The notes under the pieces are model-generated. The model worked only from the letters and a program-made list of their open reading frames with translations. It was not told the origin of the DNA and did no database searches. From positions 64,001 to 128,000 of IMG/VR virus record IMGVR_UViG_3300047369_000650: a stretch of DNA of 64,000 nt. One strand, given 5' to 3'. Source of the DNA: a virus. Of this stretch, positions 1-8,557 are shown one piece after another; within the stretch, counting starts at the first letter, position 1, and every line of letters begins with the position of its first letter. Position numbers and translations under genes: made by a program.

Positions 1-3000
1 TCTGTTGGTATTGGTTATAATACTAGAGCAGCAGATTATTCTATTGCATTAGGTTATGATATTAAAGCCGGTAATCATATACTAAACAAGATAAATTCGG
101 TATCTATAGGTCATACTGTTAATAACCAGTCAGATGGTGCTGTTGCTGTAGGTTCTAATATATCACATAGCCAACTGTATTCAGGATCTGTTTCTATTGG
201 TGAAGGAATAGTTAATAATAATAGAGCTGATGGTACAGCAATCGGTAAAGACATTTCCACTAATAGTGGAGTGTCTATCGGTAAAACAGTATCTACTGTT
301 AATTCTGCAACTAGTGTATCTATTGGTTATAACCAACGAGCCAATACTAATTCAACATCTATAGGTAAATCTTCAGGATCTAATAACAGTGGCGTAAGTA
401 TTGGTTCTTCAGCAACATCAAATAATTCTACTAGTGTAGGTAACAATGTATCTTCATCAGTCGGTGGTACTACTATTGGCGTGAGCTCATCTACATCAAA
501 CGGCGGCGTTGCAATAGGTAATAATGTTAGTGGTGGAAATCGCGGTAAAGCAATAGGTGCATCTCTTAGTGCCAACCAGGGTGCTACTGTAATTGGTACT
601 TCATCGAATGCAGATTATAGCGCAATATCAATTGGTGTTTCTAATGATATAAGACGCGGTAGTGTTGGCATCGGTTCTTCAAATAAAGCTACACATCCAT
701 ATGGTGGTTCTACCTTAATCGGTAAATCAAATACGGCAACATCAAATAATGTTACTATTGTAGGTCAAAATAACTCTGGTGGAGGTTTTTATGGTGGCCA
801 AGCAATCATAGGTAGAGACAATACAGGTAACTCTAGTAAAGGTCTTATAGTAGGTAGATCAAACACGGGACATAATGCTAATTCTGCTACTAGCAATTAT
901 ACAATATTTGGATGGGCTAATGTAAATAATAGCCCAGCGTCTAATAGGTCTACTACATCCGGCGGTCCTGTTCGGATTTTCGGTAATAGCAATAGTACTA
1001 ATGCCGGAAGTAATATATATGGTTCTTCAAATACCGATAATAAACAGGTAACCATTTATGGTAATAATAATACAGGTTCCATAGGTCCGAGCGGAACCAG
1101 TTATATCTATGGTACTAATAACGTCATTACTCGAAACGGTATGTTATTTGGTGCAAACAATACTGCAACTGATACTGGTTATGCATTCGGTGTCGGTAAT
1201 ACTACTGCTAATGGTGGCTACTCTTACGGTAAAGGTAATACAACCACATTAGGTGAAGGTTATGCATTTGGTTATAATAATACAACTGATGGAACGTCTG
1301 GCACTGACGAACCTATGGCCTTTGGTCATAATATTACAGCATCATCCGGCGGCCTTGGGTTTGGTGAAAATCTAACAGTATCCAATGGTGGTTTAGGTTT
1401 TGGTGCTAATAGTACAGCATCTGGATTTAGATCTGTAGCAATTGGTAGTGGAATAACAGTTAATGGTGTTAATTCTGTTGGTATTGGTTTATCATCAAGT
1501 ACTTCTGGAACAGTAAATGCCGCAAATACTCTTGCAATTATGGGCGGCAAAGTTGCTATAGGTCAAGCTTCTGCAGATCCAGCATATCAGGTTGATATAT
1601 ACGGTAATGTTCACGTTGGAGTATTTGGCGATTACTGGAGACACGGTAAGAGACTTAGTGATTATATTGAAGATGATGTTGTAACCGATACTTATGTTAA
1701 AAACATAGCAAATAGCGCATATGTTCAAGGAATTATAGATGTTCCTTATCTAAGAAGCACTATGACATCTCAGTTCTTCTTCTATAGTGATGCTATTTCA
1801 AATGATCTTTATACTACAACATCAGGTTCTGTTGGTATTGGTAGACAACCAACAAACTCAAGTAAGTATAAACTAGATGTTGATGGAAGTATTAATTATA
1901 CTGGTAAGCTATATCTCAATGGTGATTTACTTATCCCAAGTGAAGATTCTCTTGGTGATGTTTATATTGAACACCACGAAAATCAATACTTTATTGGTCC
2001 AGATAGTGCCGAAGAATATTTTGACTCAGCTTATGTTACAGCTCGTCAACAAATGTTCGGGTTTACTCAGGGACAGACATATACCACAGTAATTGATGAA
2101 GGTTATATCAATAGTAGATTAGATGATACACTATTTGTGGATTCAAATGAAGCACAAACTATGATCGACGCTTCAATACGTGATAAAGTTGCTTTCCAAT
2201 TCGATCCGGCTTTTGGAGATGTTGTTCTACTGGATGATCCACTTGGTAATGCTCCAAGAGTCGCGATAGGTGTTGCGGCTGAATTTGGAACAGCATTAAG
2301 AGTTAAGGGTCTCACTAAGATCGAGGGTGATTTAGACATTGAAGCTGGTGTTCTAAAATTCAATGGAGTAACATTCCAGCCTACTACAGTGTTTACTGAT
2401 GATATCAGTGGATATGTTTATTATAATGGTCCTAAGAATATAGGTATAGGAACAGTAGTACCAACAACAGAATTAGATGTTGCTGGAACAATTAATGCTG
2501 AAGCACTACAAGTAAATGGTGTTGATCTTGATGATATATATGACTCTGATTTTATTAGAGATAGACAAATATTAATTGATTCAGCATTAACTACAGCACT
2601 TATTGATTCCGATTATGTAAGAGCAAGAGCTGATTCAGATTATGTCCAATCTGCAATTACATCAGATTATATTAAATCGTATATAGATTCAGATTATATT
2701 AAATTTGTAGCTGATTCAGATTATATCCAATCTGCTGCCAATCAAGCTTGGATTAGAGCTAATGCAGATTCTGATTATGTTCTTTCAATAGCTGATTCAG
2801 ACTATATTAAGACTGCAGCTAATCAGACTTGGATTAGAACTAATGCAGATTCCGACTATATTAAGACTGCAGCTAATCAGACTTGGATTAGAACTAATGC
2901 GGATTCAGATTATATTCAATCTGCTGCAAATCAAGCTTGGATCAGAACTAACGCAGATTCAGCATATATTCTTTCAGCTGCAAATCCAGCTTATATACTT

Positions 3001-4647
3001 TCAATAGCGGATTCTGATTATGTAAAAACAGTTGTTGATTCAGCATATACACAAACTTTAACCGGTATCGGTATAAGAGATGTTGATTTTGGTATTAATA
3101 AAATCACATATAGAAATGCTTATACTGACATAGCATCTTTCCCTGCGGCAAATACTCATGGTGGTATGTTTGCATTAGAAAATGTAAATAAGAAACCATA
3201 TGTTTCCACTGGATCAGCTTGGAATCGCATTATCTTAAATGGTGATAGTGTAGAATTTTCTGATCTTATTGTAACAGGTGATCTTACTGTTCTCGGAACA
3301 CGAACAGTACTTAATACTCAAACTCTGGGTATTGACGATCCAATGATTCATCTTGGAAAAAATAATGAACTATCTGATGCCGTAGATATTGGTTTCATTG
3401 GGCATTATTCTCCAGATGGTGGTACTACAAAAGAACATACTGGTTTCTTTAGAGATGCAACAAATAGTGAATATTATATATTTAATGGATTAGATGATGC
3501 TGCTCTTGATGATAGTGATCCAACAGCTACTGTGGATAGAAGCGGCAGTGGATTTACTCTTGCTGCCTTAAATGTAGGATCTATAGCAGGTCAATATCTA
3601 GGATTTGATTCAGACTTTAGTGTTAAAACTACAACTGATCTTACCGAAGGATCTAATCTATATTATACAACTGCAAGAGCAAATACAGATTTTGATACTA
3701 GATTAGCAACTAAAACTACAACCGATCTAACAGAAGGCACAAACCTATATTATACAGATGATCGTGTAACTGCTCATGTTGATTCGGCATATGTACAACT
3801 TAGAAGCCCACAATTTGATTATCTAACAGTTATTGATTCGGCATATGTACAAGCTAGACAAGAGCCAGGTACTGACTCAGCGGCAGTAATTGCACTTATT
3901 AATGCTAATGCTACACTGGATTCTGCGGCTACAGTTTCTCTTATTGATTCGGCTTATGTTAATGCTAGAGTTTCTACAGTCGACAGTGCTCAAGTTCTTG
4001 CAATAGTTGATTCAGACTATATTTTAAGTATATCAGGATCTGGCGGAAGTGGATCAGGCGGAGTTACTGTTCTTAAGACATTTAACTATATTGCAACAGC
4101 CGGGCAAACAACTTTTGAGGATTCTGATCTTAATAGTGATATTTTAGAATACACAGTTGGTTCTCAGATTGTTACTGCAAACGGTATTACTCTTACAAGT
4201 GGTGCTGATTACACTGCAACTTCTGGTTCAAGTATAGTATTTGCGGCGGCTAGAGATAGTAATGATGAAATTTCTATTATCACAACAGTTAGTTCTGGAG
4301 ATGCCGGAGTTTCAGGATCTACTGCAACATCAGCATTTAATGTAACATCTGGATCTACTACTACATTTGATCAGACACTTCATAATAATAATTTTAAGTC
4401 TGTAGAATATGTAATTCATATGGATGATTCTGATAATAACCAATCTCAGATTAGCAAAGTATTACTTACATATAATAAATCAAACGTATTTACTACTGAA
4501 TACGGTCTTGTAAATTCTTATAGTAATGATAGTGATATGGGCGAAATTACTGCAGTAGCTACTGCTTCTATGATTCAACTTCAATTAACAAAATCGGCAG
4601 GTACAGGAACAGTTGCGGTAAAAACAACTAAAACAATAATCAGTTAA
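1..4647 (+). CDS. Large tail fibre/adhesin, 5'-truncated by the window; YadA-like head repeats, then DSDY/DSAY repeats and fibre modules
   Basis: Frame +1 is open from base 1 (SVGIGYNTRAADYSIALG...), so the listed 271 start is internal. Many S/A-[VI]-[AS]-I-G repeats resemble trimeric autotransporter head repeats. Also ADSDYIKTAANQTWIRTN repeats and TTDLTEGxNLYYT repeats. Confidence 0.8.
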   Translation, partial: SVGIGYNTRAADYSIALGYDIKAGNHILNKINSVSIGHTVNNQSDGAVAVGSNISHSQLYSGSVSIGEGIVNNNRADGTAIGKDISTNSGVSIGKTVSTVNSATSVSIGYNQRANTNSTSIGKSSGSNNSGVSIGSSATSNNSTSVGNNVSSSVGGTTIGVSSSTSNGGVAIGNNVSGGNRGKAIGASLSANQGATVIGTSSNADYSAISIGVSNDIRRGSVGIGSSNKATHPYGGSTLIGKSNTATSNNVTIVGQNNSGGGFYGGQAIIGRDNTGNSSKGLIVGRSNTGHNANSATSNYTIFGWANVNNSPASNRSTTSGGPVRIFGNSNSTNAGSNIYGSSNTDNKQVTIYGNNNTGSIGPSGTSYIYGTNNVITRNGMLFGANNTATDTGYAFGVGNTTANGGYSYGKGNTTTLGEGYAFGYNNTTDGTSGTDEPMAFGHNITASSGGLGFGENLTVSNGGLGFGANSTASGFRSVAIGSGITVNGVNSVGIGLSSSTSGTVNAANTLAIMGGKVAIGQASADPAYQVDIYGNVHVGVFGDYWRHGKRLSDYIEDDVVTDTYVKNIANSAYVQGIIDVPYLRSTMTSQFFFYSDAISNDLYTTTSGSVGIGRQPTNSSKYKLDVDGSINYTGKLYLNGDLLIPSEDSLGDVYIEHHENQYFIGPDSAEEYFDSAYVTARQQMFGFTQGQTYTTVIDEGYINSRLDDTLFVDSNEAQTMIDASIRDKVAFQFDPAFGDVVLLDDPLGNAPRVAIGVAAEFGTALRVKGLTKIEGDLDIEAGVLKFNGVTFQPTTVFTDDISGYVYYNGPKNIGIGTVVPTTELDVAGTINAEALQVNGVDLDDIYDSDFIRDRQILIDSALTTALIDSDYVRARADSDYVQSAITSDYIKSYIDSDYIKFVADSDYIQSAANQAWIRANADSDYVLSIADSDYIKTAANQTWIRTNADSDYIKTAANQTWIRTNADSDYIQSAANQAWIRTNADSAYILSAANPAYILSIADSDYVKTVVDSAYTQTLTGIGIRDVDFGINKITYRNAYTDIASFPAANTHGGMFALENVNKKPYVSTGSAWNRIILNGDSVEFSDLIVTGDLTVLGTRTVLNTQTLGIDDPMIHLGKNNELSDAVDIGFIGHYSPDGGTTKEHTGFFRDATNSEYYIFNGLDDAALDDSDPTATVDRSGSGFTLAALNVGSIAGQYLGFDSDFSVKTTTDLTEGSNLYYTTARANTDFDTRLATKTTTDLTEGTNLYYTDDRVTAHVDSAYVQLRSPQFDYLTVIDSAYVQARQEPGTDSAAVIALINANATLDSAATVSLIDSAYVNARVSTVDSAQVLAIVDSDYILSISGSGGSGSGGVTVLKTFNYIATAGQTTFEDSDLNSDILEYTVGSQIVTANGITLTSGADYTATSGSSIVFAAARDSNDEISIITTVSSGDAGVSGSTATSAFNVTSGSTTTFDQTLHNNNFKSVEYVIHMDDSDNNQSQISKVLLTYNKSNVFTTEYGLVNSYSNDSDMGEITAVATASMIQLQLTKSAGTGTVAVKTTKTIIS
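2540..3050 (+). repeat. Coding tandem repeats (DSDY/DSAY units; 54-bp/18-aa period in the core)
   Basis: gactatattaagactgcagctaatcagacttggattagaactaatgc occurs at 2800 and 2854; about 13 DS[AD] units in this stretch. Confidence 0.9.
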
Positions 4648-4666
4648 GCCACGGGGAAAGTGAACT

Positions 4667-7600
4667 ATGGCAATTAAAGACTTTAAGGTCAAAAACGGTA
4701 TTATTACTGGAGGCAGTATAATACCAGACTCAGATGAAGCATATGATCTGGGTTCTGCGACAAGAAAATGGAAAGACCTATATTTAAGTGGTAGTACACT
4801 TATATTAGGCAATATACGTCTAAAAGATAGTGGTGGAATACCAAGCTTTGAAGCTGCTGGCGGCGGAAAGGTAAAGATAGACCTTTCAGCTATGACTACA
4901 GCCGACTTAGCCGAACATAATACAGCTAAATATTTCACAGAAACCAGATCAAGATCAGCTTTTAGTACACATAGTGGTTCTTCACATTATGATTCTGGAA
5001 CTGGTATTTTTACCCTACCGTCCACAACAGATCATGTAACTGAGGGAAGTAATTTATTCTATACTCAAGGCAGATTTGACACAGCATTTACTGCTAAATC
5101 GACTACTGATCTAAGTGAAGGCACAAATCTTTATTATACAACTACTCGTCATAATACTGATTTTGATACAAGACTTGGTACTAAATCAACTGATAATCTA
5201 TCCGAAGGTTCTAATCTTTATTATACAACCGCTCGTCAAAATACTGATTTTGACACAAGACTTGGTACTAAATCAACTACTAATTTAAGTGAGGGAACAA
5301 ATCTTTATTATACAGATGCTAGAGCAGATGCTAGAGCACAATTAAAAATAGATGATCTTGTGGATGCAGCCCCAGGAACTCTCGACACTTTAAATGAGTT
5401 AGCTGCTGCACTTGGGGATGATGCTAACTTTAGTACAACAGTAACTAACAGTATAGCAACAAAACTTCCGACTATTACTGTAGTAACTGTTACTGTTGCA
5501 AGTGCAACTAATCAATACGGGTCTGGTAATAAATATCATTTTAACGGTGCTGTTAGTCCAGTTCTCCATCTACAACCTGGTAGAACATATAGATTTGATC
5601 AGTCTGACTCAAGTAACTCAAGTCATCCATTAAGGTTTTCTACTAATGCTAATAATAGCCCTTCGGCAACTTATAGTACAGGTGTAACTGTAAGTGGTAC
5701 TCCGGGAAGTGCTGGGGCTTATACAGAAATTGCTGTTAATTTTGCAACACCAAGATTACATTATTATTGCACTAACCACTCTGGTATGGGCGGATCTGGA
5801 CCTGATTATTCTGTGAATTTTAATGGAGCATTCAGTTCATTAACAGGTACTCCTACAACCATTGCTGGTTATGGTATCACAGATGCTTTTGATGGAGCTT
5901 TTAGTTCATTAACAGGTACTCCTACAACCATTGCTGGTTATGGTATCACAGATGCTTTTGATGGTGCATATGGCTCGCTAACTGGCACACCATCAACATT
6001 TACTCCATCTGCTCATAACCAAGCTTGGACAACAATTACTAGCACACCTACTACAATTAGTGGTTATGGTATTACAGATGCTCAGGCTACACTTGTGTCT
6101 GGGACTAATATAAAAACAGTAAATGGTACTTCATTACTCGGTTCTGGTAACATTACAATATCAGGCGGCGGAGGTAGTAGTGGTACCGATTCTGCTACAG
6201 TTTCATCAATTATCTTGTCTGATGTTGATTCAGCTTATGTTCAAGCTAGACAATCTGGTGGTGGTTCTGGAATAAGCTTATCAGAAGCAAGGGCAGGTAT
6301 ATCAGTCACCACGGCTTCTGCATCAGGTGGAGGTTCTTTAAGCTATAATAGTTCAACAGGTGTTCTTACCTTTGCACCATCTACTAACTCAGGTGGAGGT
6401 GGAGGCTCTGGAACCGTAGACTCTGCTCAAACTATTTCTCTTATACAGTCTACTATTGATTCGGCTTATATTCAAGCAAGAGAAATTAATAATATTTCTA
6501 TAGGTAAAGCAAGTCTTGTAGATTTTAAATTTATTGCAGATAGTGCACAAACAGCATTTTCTGGAAATGATGCTGACGGGAAATCTTTAGTATTTGAAGA
6601 TAGTAATTATGAAGTATTTGTAAACGGTATTAGACTTTTAAAATCTGATTACTCAGTTAATTCAGCCACAAACGTTGTAACTCTAGGCACGCCAGCTATA
6701 GATGAAGACGAAGTTGTTATTAAAACTATTGTTGGAGTTGACACTCTGAGTCTTATAGATTCGGCTTATGTAAATGCAAGAGTAAGATCAAGTAAGGCTC
6801 TTGATGGATTAACAACTTATAAATTTTCTGTTGATAGTGGCCAAACAACATTTACGGGAAATGATGAAAATGGATCATTACTTTCTTATTCTGCAGGTGA
6901 TGTACAAGTATTTTTAAATGGCATATTATTACTTGAAACAGATGATTATACCGCAACAAACGGGACAAGTGTTGTTCTTAGTGCGGCAGCTCCAGCAACA
7001 TCAGAATTAGTTGTTCAAGCTTATAATATATCAGAAGTTTCGACATATAGAAGCTTACCTGGATTAGATGTTTATAATTATACAGCAACTTTAAATCAAA
7101 CAAACTTTAGTGGTGCAGATGTTGATGGTAATTCTCTTATATATCATCCAGGTGCTATATTAGTTTCTCTTAATGGTATTATATTAAGTTCAGTAGATTA
7201 CACTGCAACAGATGGGTTTTCTATTGTATTGACAGATGCCGCTGAATCGGCTTCTGAACTTACAATAACTTCTTTTGCTGGTAGTGCAGCAATAGACTCT
7301 GCATATATTAATTCAAGACAGACTTTATATGCAAATGAAGATGTATTATCTTTTGTAGATTCTGCTTATGTACAAGCTAGACAAGCTCCCGGTACTGATT
7401 CAGCTGCAGTTCTTGGTATTGTAAATCAAGCATATATTAGATCAAATGTAGATCAAGCATATATTAGATCACAGCAAATTACAGGTCTTGATTCAGCTTT
7501 AGCTGATGGCTTCTTAATGACATCAGCAGAAACTACAGCTCTTGTAGATTCATCATATGTACAAGCTAGACAAGCTCCCGGTACTGATTCAGCTGCAGTT

Positions 7601-8521
7601 CTTGGTATTGTAGATTCTTCTTATATTCAATCTGTGTTTAGTTCAAGTACTGGTAGTGCAATATCAACATTTAGATATACTTCGGATTCTAATCAATCTG
7701 TATTTACTGGCGCAGACGATGCAGGAAATACTTTATCATATAACTCTGGTCAAATTCAAGCATTTTTAAATGGTATCGTAATTGTAGATGGTGTTGATTA
7801 TACTGCAACAAATGGAAATTCTTTTACTCTTACAGATCCAGTTGTAAATGGAACCGAATTACTTATTACATCTCATACTAATTCATATATTAAAGAATTT
7901 ACTAATAATAATTACTTTCATAATCAATCTTATTTTAAGAATTATGTTTATTCATCAGATTCTGGACAATTAACATTTAGTGGCGCAGATAGTAATGGAG
8001 AAACTTTATCCATTGACACAAATAATCATCAGGTATTCGTTAATGGTATTAGAATATTATCAGATGACTTTACTGCTAATACTTCAACAAATACTATTAC
8101 TCTTAACGATGCAACAGAAGCTGGAGATGAAGTTGTAATTAATACACTTCAAACAGATACTTCATCTGTATTACAAATTACTGGAGCCGATTCAGATTAT
8201 GTAACAGGTATTGTGAATAGTGTTTTAAGTAATGATTATATAGAAGTAAATGCTACACCTCACGCTGCCCAGTTTAATAAAAAATTAATTGTAGATACTT
8301 CCTCATCTTCTATAACAATAAATATGCCAAGTTCTCCTACACTAGGTAATGAAGTTAAAATTATAGATGGTGCTGGAAATGCAGAAACAAATAATATCAT
8401 AGTAAGTTCTTCGGATAAAATATTGGGTTCAGATTCTAATTTGATTATTGATGTAAATGAGGCAGCATTTGGTTTAGTATATTATAATGCAACTCGTGGT
8501 TGGATATTGACCGAAAAATAA
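4667..8521 (+). CDS. Tail fibre/virion structural protein (1284 aa)
   Basis: TDLSEGTNLYYT repeats, the common fibre motif APGTLDTLNELAAALGDD, about five copies of an FxYxxxxGQTxFxGxD...NGIxL...DYTATxG module, and a C-terminal VDTSSSSITINMPSSPTLG module resembling T4 gp34-type repeats. Confidence 0.8.
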   Translation: MAIKDFKVKNGIITGGSIIPDSDEAYDLGSATRKWKDLYLSGSTLILGNIRLKDSGGIPSFEAAGGGKVKIDLSAMTTADLAEHNTAKYFTETRSRSAFSTHSGSSHYDSGTGIFTLPSTTDHVTEGSNLFYTQGRFDTAFTAKSTTDLSEGTNLYYTTTRHNTDFDTRLGTKSTDNLSEGSNLYYTTARQNTDFDTRLGTKSTTNLSEGTNLYYTDARADARAQLKIDDLVDAAPGTLDTLNELAAALGDDANFSTTVTNSIATKLPTITVVTVTVASATNQYGSGNKYHFNGAVSPVLHLQPGRTYRFDQSDSSNSSHPLRFSTNANNSPSATYSTGVTVSGTPGSAGAYTEIAVNFATPRLHYYCTNHSGMGGSGPDYSVNFNGAFSSLTGTPTTIAGYGITDAFDGAFSSLTGTPTTIAGYGITDAFDGAYGSLTGTPSTFTPSAHNQAWTTITSTPTTISGYGITDAQATLVSGTNIKTVNGTSLLGSGNITISGGGGSSGTDSATVSSIILSDVDSAYVQARQSGGGSGISLSEARAGISVTTASASGGGSLSYNSSTGVLTFAPSTNSGGGGGSGTVDSAQTISLIQSTIDSAYIQAREINNISIGKASLVDFKFIADSAQTAFSGNDADGKSLVFEDSNYEVFVNGIRLLKSDYSVNSATNVVTLGTPAIDEDEVVIKTIVGVDTLSLIDSAYVNARVRSSKALDGLTTYKFSVDSGQTTFTGNDENGSLLSYSAGDVQVFLNGILLLETDDYTATNGTSVVLSAAAPATSELVVQAYNISEVSTYRSLPGLDVYNYTATLNQTNFSGADVDGNSLIYHPGAILVSLNGIILSSVDYTATDGFSIVLTDAAESASELTITSFAGSAAIDSAYINSRQTLYANEDVLSFVDSAYVQARQAPGTDSAAVLGIVNQAYIRSNVDQAYIRSQQITGLDSALADGFLMTSAETTALVDSSYVQARQAPGTDSAAVLGIVDSSYIQSVFSSSTGSAISTFRYTSDSNQSVFTGADDAGNTLSYNSGQIQAFLNGIVIVDGVDYTATNGNSFTLTDPVVNGTELLITSHTNSYIKEFTNNNYFHNQSYFKNYVYSSDSGQLTFSGADSNGETLSIDTNNHQVFVNGIRILSDDFTANTSTNTITLNDATEAGDEVVINTLQTDTSSVLQITGADSDYVTGIVNSVLSNDYIEVNATPHAAQFNKKLIVDTSSSSITINMPSSPTLGNEVKIIDGAGNAETNNIIVSSSDKILGSDSNLIIDVNEAAFGLVYYNATRGWILTEK
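5834..5964 (+). repeat. Direct tandem repeat: 62 bp identical, 69-bp (23-aa) period
   Basis: agttcattaacaggtactcctacaaccattgctggttatggtatcacagatgcttttgatgg at 5834-5895 and 5903-5964. Confidence 0.95.
7367..7612 (+). repeat. Dispersed 57-bp identical repeat (YVQARQAPGTDSAAVLGIV)
   Basis: Identical copies at 7367-7423 and 7556-7612. Confidence 0.9.
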
Positions 8522-8557
8522 TAATAAATACTATAGACTAATTTAAGGTTATAAAAG

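Noticed and set aside
2540-7612. CRISPR-like array
   Set aside because: The repeats are in-frame coding units with periods divisible by 3, have no unique spacers, and no cas genes are present.
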